A stretch of 64,000 nt of DNA, from assembly GCA_963797555.1 (NCBI GenBank), contig CAWCPV010000009.1, positions 224,001-288,000 on the forward strand. The letters are read 5' to 3'. Made by a program: the position numbers and the translations under genes. The notes beneath the pieces were generated by a model. That model did not search any database. It had not been told where the DNA came from and saw only the letters and a program-made list of their open reading frames with translations. This DNA comes from an uncultured Gammaproteobacteria bacterium (GTDB lineage Bacteria > Pseudomonadota > Gammaproteobacteria > CAWCPV01). Below, one piece after another: positions 10,336 through 20,832 of this stretch (position 1 is the first letter of the stretch; each line of letters starts with the position of its first letter).

Positions 10336-10854
10336 TCACTGACCTGTGGTCTTGGGCTCGGCTGCCGGGGCGGGCTTGGCTGCCTGGCTCGCGGATTCCT
10401 GAAGGAAATCCTCCACGGAACCGCTGTCGATGGGTCCCAGATTACGCGCTGCGACTTTGCCGTGCGGGTCCACCAGATAGCTGGTGGGCAGGACCGTAAT
10501 GGCGCCGAACGCAGTCGGCCCCGAGGGAGACTCGCGCAGCACCGGGTAGTGAATCCCGAGGGTCTCTACCCAGTAACGCAGCTTGTGCGTGCTGATGTCC
10601 TCGTAGTCGACCCCTATGACGACGGCGTCCTTGTCCTTGTGGCGCTTGTGGAACTCGACGAGCTCGGGGATCTCCTTCAGGCAGGGGGGGCACCAGGTCG
10701 CCCAGTAGTTAACCAACACCCATTTGCCGCGGTAATCGGAGAGGTGGTGTTCGACGCCGGCGAGATCGGGTAGTGTAAAATCCGCCTGTTGGGCGAGAAC
10801 CGGCGGCGCGAGCCACATTGAGACCAGCGGCAACCAAAGGCAATACTTCAGCAT
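10336..10854 (-). CDS. TlpA-family thiol-disulfide oxidoreductase
   Basis: Signal peptide, NYWATWCPPC and LPTSYLVD. Confidence 0.88.
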   Translation of the reverse strand: MLKYCLWLPLVSMWLAPPVLAQQADFTLPDLAGVEHHLSDYRGKWVLVNYWATWCPPCLKEIPELVEFHKRHKDKDAVVIGVDYEDISTHKLRYWVETLGIHYPVLRESPSGPTAFGAITVLPTSYLVDPHGKVAARNLGPIDSGSVEDFLQESASQAAKPAPAAEPKTTGQ

Positions 10855-10940
10855 GGGTCCTCCGTCGATACGCGGTCCGGCGTCTAAGCTGCCACCCTCC
10901 CCGACCGCGATCAAGTAGTCGCACGGCGGAACCCCCAGCC

Positions 10941-12339
10941 ATGCCATCGGGTCTGCACCGCACAGAGAGAGACAGCCTCGGAGAATATAAGGTTCCGGGG
11001 GATGCCTGGTACGGCATCCAGACCGCGCGGGCCGTGGACAACTTTCGCATCAGTGGCCGCTGTCCCGACCGCGACTTCGTGCACGCGCAGGTCAGCATCA
11101 AGCGCTGCGCCGCGGTGGTCAACCGCAACGCCGGGTGGCTGGAGCCGCGCCTGGCCGAGGCGATCGTGGGCGCCTGCGACCGCATCCTGGGAGGCGAGCT
11201 GCTGGACCAGTTCGTCGTGGACCGTTTTCAAGCGGGCGCGGGCACCAGCCACAACATGAACGCCAACGAGGTCCTCGCCAATCTGGCCAACGTGGCCTTG
11301 GGCGGGGAGCGGGGCACCTATCGGCCGGTGCACCCGAACGACCACGTGAACCTGTCTCAGAGCACCAACGACACCATCCCCACCGCTATCCGACTGGCGG
11401 CTCTGACCAAGCTGCCGTCGCTCACCGCAGCAGTGCAGAGCATGGCCGATGAGTTGCAGCGCCTCGGCGCGCAGGCACGGGACACCGTCAAGAGCGGCCG
11501 CACCCATCTCCAGGACGCCGTCCCCACGACCGTTGGAAGGGAGGCTCGGGGCCTATGCTTGGACGCTGAGGCGCTGCCTGAGACGCCTGGAGGCCACCAA
11601 AGAGCCGCTGTGCGAGATCGGTCTGGGCGGGACCGCGGCAGGCACAGGCCTCAACAGCCCTCCCGGATACCCCGAGAAGGTGGCCGCCGAGCTGGCGCGC
11701 CTCACCGGTCAACCCATCCGAGCGGCGGACGACCTGGCAGCCCAGATGCAATCGATGCTCGACCTCCAGGGGCTGTCCTCGGCGCTCAGGGAGCTGGCCC
11801 TTGAGCTGACCCGCATCAGCAACGACATTCGCCTATTGGCTTCGGGCCCGCGCACCGGGCTCGGGGAGATCCTGCTGCCGGCTGTCCAGCCCGGCTCCAG
11901 CATCATGCCCGGAAAGGTCAACCCGGTGATGTTCGAGGCACTCAACATGGTCTGCTACCAGGTGCTGGGGCAGGACGCCGCCATCGCCGCGATGACCGCC
12001 GCCGGACAGCTCGAGCTGAACGTCATGATGCCTGCCCTGGGATCTGCCTTGTTCGACGCTATGGACTGGCTGACCCATGCCGTGCATGGCGCGACCGAAC
12101 GTAACCTGCGCGGACTCCGCGTGGACGAGACGCGCTGCAGCTATTTCCTGCACGCCAGCGTCGGGCTCGCGACGTTGCTCAACACCCGCATCGGCTATGG
12201 CGAGGCGGCGGAGGTCGCCAAGGAATCGGAGCGCACGGGCCGCCCGGTGCGCAACGTCGTGGCCGAGCGTGGACTGATGACTGCCGAGGAGTTCGATGCT
12301 CTGGTGCTGAAGGCCGCGCGGGACGGACGGCTAGACTGA
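10941..12339 (+). CDS. Aspartate ammonia-lyase / class II fumarase family protein, frameshift near 11535
   Basis: RTERDSLG, GAGTS.NMN.NEV, QSTND, GRTHLQDA and GSSIMPGKVNP. Confidence 0.88.
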
Positions 12340-12383
12340 AAGAGGGCCGCGCCGGGCGGTCGCGTCCACTCGGGGCTAGTGGC

Positions 12384-13871
12384 GTGGCAGCGCTTGTCGG
12401 GTGCTTGATCGCCCTCGCACTGGTCACAGTGGTGGGCTGTGCGCGGCAGGACGCATCTTCACTGCGTTTCGGCCTCGCGACGGCGCCCGCGACCCTGGAC
12501 CCGAGATTCGCCACCGACGCCAGCTCCGAGCGGATCAACCGCCTCATCTACCGCCGCCTGGTAGACTTCGACGAGCACTCCCGGCCCGTCGCCTCTCTGG
12601 CTCGTTGGCTGCAGATCGACCCGACCCGTTACCGCGTGGTCCTCGGGCAGGCGGGGCGGCGGTTCCACGACGGAGAGCGCCTCACCGCCCGCGACGTCAA
12701 AGCCACCTATGACTCTGTGCTGAGCCCGACCAGCGCCTCTCCGCATCGCGCCCCACTCGCCGGGGTCGAACGGGTGGAGGTCGTGGACGCGGACACCGTG
12801 GATTTCTATCTGCGGCGGCCCGATCCGCTGTTCCCCGGACGTTTGGACCTCGGCATCCTTCCCGCTCGATTGGTCGCGGCGGGACATCCATTCCGGACCG
12901 ATCCCGTCGGCAGCGGGCCTTGCGCATTCCTCGACTGGCCTGACGAGAACCGCCTGCGCCTGAGGCGCCTGGACGACGGACAGACCATCGAGTTCCTGCG
13001 CGTTCCCGACCCGACGATGCGGGTACTGAAGCTGCTGCGCGGTGAAATCGACATGCTGCAGAACGATCTGCCGCCCGAGCTGGTCGGCTATCTGGCGAAA
13101 CGCAGCGAGGTGCGGGTGGTCACGGGGCCCGGGATCAACTTCAGCTACCTCGGCTTCAACCTGCGCGACCCCGTTACCGGGCGCCTTGCGGTCCGCCAGG
13201 CCATCGCCTATGCCGTCGACCGCGGCTCCGTCATCCGCCACGTGCTGGGGGGGGCCGCCCGCCCAGCCAGCGCCCTGCTGCCCCCGGAACACTGGGCCGG
13301 CGACCCGGGCCTGCCGGCGTATCGCTACGATCCGGGGCGAGCACGGGCGCTGCTGCACCGGGCGGGATTCGACGCGGCGCATCGGCCCCGCATCGTCTAT
13401 CGGACCTCCACCGACCCGCTCCGGGTGCGCGTGGCCACCGTGCTCCAGTCCCAGCTCGCCGACGTCGGCATCGACGTGGAGCTGCGCACCTACGACTGGG
13501 GCACCCTATACGCCGACATCAAGGCGGGCAGGTTCCAGATGTACAGCCTGAGCTGGGTCGGGGTGCACTCTCCGGACATCTTCCGCTACATCTTCCACAG
13601 CCAGTCCGTGCCCCCGCTGGGTGCCAACCGGGGCCGCTACGCCAGCACAGCAACCGACCGCCTCATCGAGCAGGCGGAGGCCGCCACGGACCCCGTCCTG
13701 CGGGCGAGCCTTTACCGGCGTTTGCAGCGGGTCCTCTGGGAGGAGCTGCCATACGTGCCGTTGTGGTATGAAGACCAGGTGTTCGTCGCGCGGCGGGACA
13801 TCCAGGGCTACCGGCTGTCCCCGGACGGCGATTACGACGGACTGCTGGCCGCGCACCGCACCTTGCCTTAA
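12384..13871 (+). CDS. Peptide/nickel ABC transporter substrate-binding lipoprotein (SBP family 5)
   Basis: Lipobox VVGC, TLDPR, FHDG..LTA.DV..T and VRQAIAYAVDR. Confidence 0.88.
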   Translation: MAALVGCLIALALVTVVGCARQDASSLRFGLATAPATLDPRFATDASSERINRLIYRRLVDFDEHSRPVASLARWLQIDPTRYRVVLGQAGRRFHDGERLTARDVKATYDSVLSPTSASPHRAPLAGVERVEVVDADTVDFYLRRPDPLFPGRLDLGILPARLVAAGHPFRTDPVGSGPCAFLDWPDENRLRLRRLDDGQTIEFLRVPDPTMRVLKLLRGEIDMLQNDLPPELVGYLAKRSEVRVVTGPGINFSYLGFNLRDPVTGRLAVRQAIAYAVDRGSVIRHVLGGAARPASALLPPEHWAGDPGLPAYRYDPGRARALLHRAGFDAAHRPRIVYRTSTDPLRVRVATVLQSQLADVGIDVELRTYDWGTLYADIKAGRFQMYSLSWVGVHSPDIFRYIFHSQSVPPLGANRGRYASTATDRLIEQAEAATDPVLRASLYRRLQRVLWEELPYVPLWYEDQVFVARRDIQGYRLSPDGDYDGLLAAHRTLP

Positions 13872-13908
13872 CATCGTGGTCCGCGTGAGCAGCGGAGCCG
13901 GCCAGCGC

Positions 13909-14397
13909 ATGGGGGAGGAGCGGGTCATCGAGGTGAGCGTACCCGAGCAGCGGCTGTGGCTGCTCGAAGGGGAACACCGCCTGCTGGAGGCGCCGGTGTC
14001 CACCGCGCGCAACGGCGTCGGGGAGGCGTACGGCAGCGAGCGCACGCCGCGCGGCTGGCACGTGGTGCGCGCCAAGATCGGCGCCGGGTGTCCCGTGGGC
14101 TCTGTGTTCGTCGGCCGCCGCCCCACCGGCGAGCATTACTCGGCGGAACTGCGCGCCCGCTATCCCCAGCGCGACTGGATTCTGACCCGGATCCTCTGGC
14201 TGGGCGGACTGGAGAAGGGAAAGAACCGTCTTGGGCCCGTGGACACGCTGCGCCGCTTCATTTACATCCACGGCTGCCCCGACGAGGACCCGATGGGCGT
14301 GCCCAGCTCCCACGGCTGCATCAAGATGCGCAACGAGGGGATTATCCGCCTGTTCGAGCTGACCGAGCGGGGCACGCGCGTGCTCATCGAGGCTTGA
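13909..14397 (+). CDS. L,D-transpeptidase (YkuD family)
   Basis: TPRGWH and IYIHG.....G.PSSHGCI.M. Confidence 0.88.
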   Translation: MGEERVIEVSVPEQRLWLLEGEHRLLEAPVSTARNGVGEAYGSERTPRGWHVVRAKIGAGCPVGSVFVGRRPTGEHYSAELRARYPQRDWILTRILWLGGLEKGKNRLGPVDTLRRFIYIHGCPDEDPMGVPSSHGCIKMRNEGIIRLFELTERGTRVLIEA

Positions 14398-14400
14398 GTC

Positions 14401-15330
14401 ATGGGCCGCTTCGTATTGTCGCGCCTCGGGAGCGCGGCGCTGGTCGTCGCCGGCGTCGTGTGCCTGGTGTTTTTCGTTCTCCGCCTCGTGCCAGGCGATC
14501 CCGTGGGCGTCATGTTGGGGGAGTCAGCGCAGGCCGCCGACCGTCTGGCGCTGGAGCACGCCCTCGGGCTGGATCGCCCTCTGCTGAGCCAATTGGGCAC
14601 CTATGTTCAGCGCTTGGCCCGCCTCGACCTGGGGGTGTCGATACAGTCCGGCCGGCCGATCCTGGACATCCTGGCAGAGCGCGTACCCGCCACGGCCGAG
14701 CTGGCCCTGGCTGGCCTGTGCGCGGCGGCGGCGTTGGCGTTCCCGCTGGGGGCGCTGGCCGCCCTGCGCCGCGGGACGGCCTGGGACATGGCTGCCATGA
14801 GCTTCTCCCTGCTCGGGATCTCGATGCCCAACTTCTGGCTCGGACCGGTGCTGGTGCTCGTGTTCTCCCTCGGTCTGGGTTGGCTGCCGGTAAGCGGCCG
14901 CGCGGGCGCCGGCTCGCTGGTGCTGCCGGCGCTCACGCTGGGGACCGGCGTGGCCGCGCTGCTGGCCCGTATGGTCCGGGCAGCGCTGCTGGAGGTGCTC
15001 GGCGAGGACTACGTGCGCACCGCACACGCCAAGGGCCTGCCGCCGCGGCAGGTGCTCCTCCACCATGCGCTGCGCAACGCCTGGCTGCCCATCGTCACCG
15101 TGCTCGGGATGCAATTGGGTGCGCTCCTGGGCGGCGCGGTGATCACCGAGGTGGTCTTCGCCTGGCCGGGGGTGGGTCAGCTCATGGTGGAGGCCATCCA
15201 GCGCCGCGACTACCCGGTCGTGCAGGCGTGCGTGCTGCTCATCAGCGTCACCTATGTGCTGGTGAACACCGGAACCGACCTCCTCTACGGCTGGCTCGAT
15301 CCCCGCGTGCGCCTGCCGAGCGCGACCTGA
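14401..15330 (+). CDS. Peptide ABC transporter permease (DppB/OppB-like)
   Basis: PGDP, DLG.S, DYVRTA.AKGL, ITE.VF.WPG.G and RDYP. Confidence 0.9.
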   Translation: MGRFVLSRLGSAALVVAGVVCLVFFVLRLVPGDPVGVMLGESAQAADRLALEHALGLDRPLLSQLGTYVQRLARLDLGVSIQSGRPILDILAERVPATAELALAGLCAAAALAFPLGALAALRRGTAWDMAAMSFSLLGISMPNFWLGPVLVLVFSLGLGWLPVSGRAGAGSLVLPALTLGTGVAALLARMVRAALLEVLGEDYVRTAHAKGLPPRQVLLHHALRNAWLPIVTVLGMQLGALLGGAVITEVVFAWPGVGQLMVEAIQRRDYPVVQACVLLISVTYVLVNTGTDLLYGWLDPRVRLPSAT

Positions 15331-16124
15331 TGCGTGTGTGGCTGCCCGCAACGGTGCTATTCGTGTGGGGACTGATGGCCGCCGCGGGTCCCGCGCTGCC
15401 GTTGTCTCCGGACCGCATCGACCTGGCAAAGACGCTGTCCCCTCCGGACTGCGCCGGCTGGCTCGGCTACGACGACCTGGGGCGGCCGGTCCTCGATCGC
15501 CTGGTGATCGGGGCGCACACGTCGTGCCTGGTCGCCTTGGGGGTCGTGACCCTCAGCCTGACCGTCGGTGCCCTGTTAGGAAGCGTCTGCGCCTACGCCG
15601 GCGGTATCTGGGACCACGTGCTCGCGCGGATGGTGGAGGTCTTCCTCGCCTTTCCGGGGATTCTCCTGGCCATCGCGCTGGCGGGGCTGCTCGGACCGGG
15701 AATCGACAACGTGGTGATCGCCCTGGCGAGCGTCGGCTGGGTGGGCTTCGCGCGCCTCAGCCGCGCCCAAGTCCTGAGCGTCAAGCACCGTGAGCACGTC
15801 CAGGCGGCCGTGGCCCTGGGCACACCCCGGCTGCGCGTCGTGCTGCGTCATCTGCTGCCTTTCGTCAGCGCACCCCTCATCGTGGAGGCGACCTTCGGCA
15901 TCGCCAGCGTAGTGAGCGCCGAGGCCGGCCTGTCTTTCCTGGGGCTGGGGGTGCAGCCGCCCGAAGCCTCCTGGGGCAGTATGATACGAGACGGCGCGCA
16001 CTACATGTTGGTGGCGCCCCATGTGGTGCTGGCCTCCGGCGGCACACTCATGTTAGTGGTGCTGTCCGCGAACCTGCTGGGCGACCGCCTCCGGGATTGG
16101 ATGGATGTGAGACAAGAGGGTTGA
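15330..16124 (+). CDS. Peptide ABC transporter permease (DppC/OppC-like)
   Basis: LG.D.LGR....RL..G, EAGLSFLGLG..PP..SWG and NLLGD.LRD. Start set at ATG 15330. Confidence 0.9.
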   Translation: MRVWLPATVLFVWGLMAAAGPALPLSPDRIDLAKTLSPPDCAGWLGYDDLGRPVLDRLVIGAHTSCLVALGVVTLSLTVGALLGSVCAYAGGIWDHVLARMVEVFLAFPGILLAIALAGLLGPGIDNVVIALASVGWVGFARLSRAQVLSVKHREHVQAAVALGTPRLRVVLRHLLPFVSAPLIVEATFGIASVVSAEAGLSFLGLGVQPPEASWGSMIRDGAHYMLVAPHVVLASGGTLMLVVLSANLLGDRLRDWMDVRQEG

Positions 16125-16131
16125 GCGGACC

Positions 16132-17187
16132 ATGTCCCTGGGACCGGTGATGATCGACCTTGCAGGGCCCTCGCTGACCGCGGAAGAGCGCGAGCTGCTG
16201 TGCCACCCGCTGGTGGGCGGGGTGATCCTGTTCAGCCGCAACTACGAATCGCCCGAACAGTTGCTGGTTCTGACCGCAGACATCCACGGCCTGCGGGAGC
16301 CGCACCTGCTGGTCGCCGTCGACCAGGAAGGCGGGCGGGTGCAGCGGTTCCGCGAGGGCTTCACCCGTCTCCCGTCTCCAGCCGTGTTCGGGAGGATCTA
16401 CGAGCACGACCCCAAGCACGCCCACCACTTGGCGGCAACCTGCGGCTGGCTGATGGCCGCTGAACTGCGGGCAGTGGGGGTCGATTTCAGCTTTGCGCCG
16501 GTGCTCGACCTGGACCGCGGCCTCAACCAGGTCATCGGCGACCGCGCCTTTCACCGCCAGCCCGACGTGGCGGCGGATCTCGGCCGCGCCTATCTGGCCG
16601 GAATGCATCGAGCGGGCATGGCGGGTGTGGGCAAACACTTCCCGGGGCACGGAGGAGTCAGCGCGGACTCGCACGTCGCTGTGCCGGTCGACGAGCGCCG
16701 CTTCGCCGATATTTACATGGAGGACATCCTGCCCTTCGAGCGTCTCATCGACGATGGGCTCGCCGCTATCATGCCCGCTCACGTCATTTACCCCCGGCTC
16801 GCACCGGAGCCCGCCGGATTCTCGTTCTTTTGGCTGCGCCGGGTGCTGCGCGACCGCCTGGGTTTCCAGGGGGCGATCTTCAGCGACGACCTCGCCATGG
16901 AAGGTGCCAGCGTGGCCGGGGACCTGCCGGACAGGGCCCGCGCCGCCTTGGCAGCGGGCTGCGACATGGTGCTGCTCTGCCATCGGCGCGAAGCCGTGGC
17001 GGGAATCGTCGACGCCCTCGCCCGCTGGAACGACCCTGCCGCCCAGGTGCGCCTCGCCCGCATGCACGGACGGCTTGCGACGCCGCGGGACGCATTGCTC
17101 GGGAGCCCGGAGTGGCACGACGCTGTCCAGGATCTCGTCGCCGCGGAAGATCAAACCAGCCTGGATCTGGACTTCGGGAACGGCTGA
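16132..17187 (+). CDS. nagZ: Beta-N-acetylhexosaminidase (GH3)
   Basis: DQEGGRVQR, KHFPGHG...DSH and SDDL.MEGA. Confidence 0.95.
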   Translation: MSLGPVMIDLAGPSLTAEERELLCHPLVGGVILFSRNYESPEQLLVLTADIHGLREPHLLVAVDQEGGRVQRFREGFTRLPSPAVFGRIYEHDPKHAHHLAATCGWLMAAELRAVGVDFSFAPVLDLDRGLNQVIGDRAFHRQPDVAADLGRAYLAGMHRAGMAGVGKHFPGHGGVSADSHVAVPVDERRFADIYMEDILPFERLIDDGLAAIMPAHVIYPRLAPEPAGFSFFWLRRVLRDRLGFQGAIFSDDLAMEGASVAGDLPDRARAALAAGCDMVLLCHRREAVAGIVDALARWNDPAAQVRLARMHGRLATPRDALLGSPEWHDAVQDLVAAEDQTSLDLDFGNG

Positions 17188-17215
17188 CAATCGCTCCGCT
17201 CATGCGGCAGCCCCC

Positions 17216-17246
17216 GTAGGATGCGGTGAACGCAGGGAACCGCATC
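17216..17246 (+). repeat. GTAG-type REP element
   Basis: GTAG followed by stem GATGCGGT / ACCGCATC, 35 bp upstream of a RAYT start. Confidence 0.7.
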
Positions 17247-17281
17247 GGTCGCGAAAGGAGCCGGACGAGACAAGGTGACCG

Positions 17282-17458
17282 ATGACCGAATACCGCCGTG
17301 CCGGGCTGCCGGGAGCCACGTGGTTCTTCACGGTGAATCTGGCCGAGAGACACGGGAATCGGCTCTTGGTCGAGCGGATCGATGTGTTGCGGACTGTGTT
17401 CTGCAGCGGCACGACACCCCTTCCACCTGGAAGCGGTCGTGATCCTGCCGGACCAAAA
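17282..17458 (+). pseudogene. 5' fragment of a REP-associated tyrosine transposase (RAYT, Y1 HUH)
   Basis: MTEYRR...PGATWFFTVNLAER.GN.LLVERID.LR, then after a frameshift RHPF.LEA.V.LPD. It stops where the HUH motif (usually PDHLH) should be. Confidence 0.85.
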
Positions 17459-20400
17459 GGTCTATCCCCGCGTGCGCGGGGGAATCCTGGACTGGGGCCG
17501 GCTGGCAATGGAGGACGCGGGTCTATCCCCGCGTGCGCGGGGGAATCGGGGTGGCCCGGTCCAGGAAGGAACTGAACTAGGTCTATCCCCGCGTGCGCGG
17601 GGGAATCCCGCGCTCCGCCCGCTCCAGTGCATCCGCCAGCGGTCTATCCCCGCGTGCGCGGGGGAATCGGGATTTGGGAGCCCTGCCAGTCCAACTTGTC
17701 GGGTCTATCCCCGCGTGCGCGGGGGAATCGACCGAAACACGCCGTATCGTCCGGGGGATCTGGGTCTATCCCCGCGTGCGCGGGGGAATCGGTCGAGGTG
17801 GCGTACGGTGGCAATCTGGCGGAGGTCTATCCCCGCGTGCGCGGGGGAATCGGACAGTCCCATGGCGGCTCAGCCTCCAGTGATGGTCTATCCCCGCGTG
17901 CGCGGGGGAATCCGCTCCAGGTAGTGCGAGATATAGTCCTGCCCGGGTCTATCCCCGCGTGCGCGGGGGAATCCTCAGCCACGATCAATTCCGCGACCTC
18001 ATCCAGGGTCTATCCCCGCGTGCGCGGGGGAATCCACTTCATGCGCCTTCCCTGGACGGATGCGTCGGGTCTATCCCCGCGTGCGCGGGGGAATCTGGGG
18101 CAAGGCCGACGCCAACTACTTCGCCGAGGGTCTATCCCCGCGTGCGCGGGGGAATCGGGTCGACGGCTCTCTCGTGGCGAGCGGAAACAGGTCTATCCCC
18201 GCGTGCGCGGGGGAATCCACTCCGGTCGGTCGCGCGCGCGTGCTGGAGCAGGTCTATCCCCGCGTGCGCGGGGGAATCCATATGACTCCGGCTGATGTCG
18301 CCACTGACCGAGGTCTATCCCCGCGTGCGCGGGGGAATCCGCCTCCGCCTCCACCGCCACCTCCGCCCGTCAGGTCTATCCCCGCGTGCGCGGGGGAATC
18401 GGACCAGACCTATAGCGATGACGAACTGCACCAGGTCTATCCCCGCGTGCGCGGGGGAATCTGCGGCGCAGGAATATGTCGACGGCACCGATTAGGTCTA
18501 TCCCCGCGTGCGCGGGGGAATCCCCGGTCAATCCGATGGTCTTCGCCGGCCTCGGGGTCTATCCCCGCGTGCGCGGGGGAATCTGCCTCCTCCGGGATAC
18601 GGGCCAGGGCACTGCAGGTCTATCCCCGCGTGCGCGGGGGAATCCAATTCGAGGCGCTAGGAATCGGTTTCGAGGCGGGTCTATCCCCGCGTGCGCGGGG
18701 GAATCCCCGGAGCGCCCACTGCAAAATCAGCTCACCCAGGTCTATCCCCGCGTGCGCGGGGGAATCTGAAGACTGGGCGCGTACCTGGGGGGTGCTCGAG
18801 GTCTATCCCCGCGTGCGCGGGGGAATCATGAACCTACAATACGCAGACGGGCTTTGATGAGGTCTATCCCCGCGTGCGCGGGGGAATCCCTATAAAGGGT
18901 GGTACCCTCTCGCGGCGCTTAGGTCTATCCCCGCGTGCGCGGGGGAATCGGCATTCCCAGATCGCGGCCGAGCGGCAAGAAAGGTCTATCCCCGCGTGCG
19001 CGGGGGAATCGCGATGTGGGCTGACATGATCGCCGCCCCCCCAGGTCTATCCCCGCGTGCGCGGGGGAATCACAGCTCGCGGACCTGCTGACGGACTACC
19101 TTGGGGTCTATCCCCGCGTGCGCGGGGGAATCGGGCGCATGCCAGTGTGCATCATCGGCCACCACGGTCTATCCCCGCGTGCGCGGGGGAATCAAAAGAA
19201 CTGTCGTGTTTGTGAGGGCAGCGAGGGGTCTATCCCCGCGTGCGCGGGGGAATCGGGCTGATAGTGAACCCGACATTTGCAGAATTGGGTCTATCCCCGC
19301 GTGCGCGGGGGAATCCCTCTAAGGGGTGGTACCCTATCGCGGCGCTTAGGTCTATCCCCGCGTGCGCGGGGGAATCCCGGCGCTCATCACTCAATCCGCC
19401 ACCTACCGAGGTCTATCCCCGCGTGCGCGGGGGAATCCGGGGCATCGCTCAGCATCGGAAAGATGGTGAGGGTCTATCCCCGCGTGCGCGGGGGAATCGC
19501 GCTTACGCCCTCGGCCAGGTGCACGAGCAGGGGTCTATCCCCGCGTGCGCGGGGGAATCGATATAGTCAGCATGGACGGAAGTATACGACAGGGTCTATC
19601 CCCGCGTGCGCGGGGGAATCGCGAAAAGGTCGAGCGCAATGGGAGATCAACATGGGTCTATCCCCGCGTGCGCGGGGGAATCAGCGTAGACTGGCGCCAT
19701 GGCCGGCAGCCGCCGGGTCTATCCCCGCGTGCGCGGGGGAATCCAACAGAAGCACGTCGCGGTACAGCAGCAGCAGGGTCTATCCCCGCGTGCGCGGGGG
19801 AATCACCAGTCCCAGCGCCGTCGCTCCGGGAGTGAGGGGTCTATCCCCGCGTGCGCGGGGGAATCCCAGAGGTCCCACCGCGCAGGGCGACAACCAAGGG
19901 TCTATCCCCGCGTGCGCGGGGGAATCGCCGTGAATCCTGCTGTGGTGGGAACTGTGACAGGTCTATCCCCGCGTGCGCGGGGGAATCTCATCCGCATACT
20001 CAGTCGGTGCCGCGGGATGAGGTCTATCCCCGCGTGCGCGGGGGAATCCGGTGGCGAGTGCTCCGCTGGTCACGCTATAGAGGTCTATCCCCGCGTGCGC
20101 GGGGGAATCGCGATCACGTCCGAATCCGCCTGCCCGTCGGCGGGTCTATCCCCGCGTGCGCGGGGGAATCCCGGATTGGAGATTGTCATGACTACGCGAC
20201 TAAGGTCTATCCCCGCGTGCGCGGGGGAATCCCGCTACGTGGTAGCGATCGGCTACCGGAGCAAGGTCTATCCCCGCGTGCGCGGGGGAATCCGAGACTA
20301 TCCCAACCTACACACCGTTCGGTTAGGTCTATCCCCGCGTGCGCGGGGGAATCATTGATCATGCCAAGCCTGTCGTCTGCGATCCAGGTCTATCCCCGCG

Positions 20401-20782
20401 TGCGCGGGGGAATCCCAGAGGTCCCACCGCGCAGGGCGACAACCAGGGGTCTATCCCCGCGTGCGCGGGGGAATCGGCGATCTGTAGAGCCCTGCCAGTC
20501 GAGCTTATCGGGTCTATCCCCGCGTGCGCGGGGGAATCCGAATCTGCTGACGGTCGGGCCAATCTCAACAGGGTCTATCCCCGCGTGCGCGGGGGAATCC
20601 GGAAGCGCCCGGCGGCAAAGCTGGTACGCAAAGGTCTATCCCCGCGTGCGCGGGGGAATCAATATGCGCACCGCACTGACGATATCCGCTGAGGGTCTAT
20701 CCCCGCGTGCGCGGGGGAATCTCGCTCAACAGGTCCTTGCCGTCCACGTAGACAGGTCTATCCCCGCGTGCGCGGGGGAATC
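17459..20782 (-). CRISPR. Type I-E CRISPR array: 55 identical 28-bp repeats and 54 spacers (mostly 33 nt, range 32-35)
   Basis: The repeat is GGTCTATCCCCGCGTGCGCGGGGGAATC on + (GATTCCCCCGCGCACGCGGGGATAGACC on -), with a 61-bp period, counted by hand. Orientation inferred from the cas operon and leader. Confidence 0.98.
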
Positions 20783-20832
20783 CCTTGTGATCAAGCCGTT
20801 GAAAAATACCACATTGTTAAAGAACAGTCGAT
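20783..20832 (-). promoter_or_regulatory. Short AT-rich CRISPR leader
   Basis: 50 bp between the cas2 stop and the first repeat; minus strand reads TGTTCTTTAACAATGTGGTATTTTTCAAC. Confidence 0.7.

Noticed and set aside
13956-15329. 722-aa ORF as a fusion protein
   Set aside because: The upstream part is an alternate frame over the transpeptidase and first permease; the real gene starts at 15330.
17487-20754. Self-targeting spacers against the adjacent island
   Set aside because: No convincing match was seen by eye within the window; a proper alignment is needed to exclude it.
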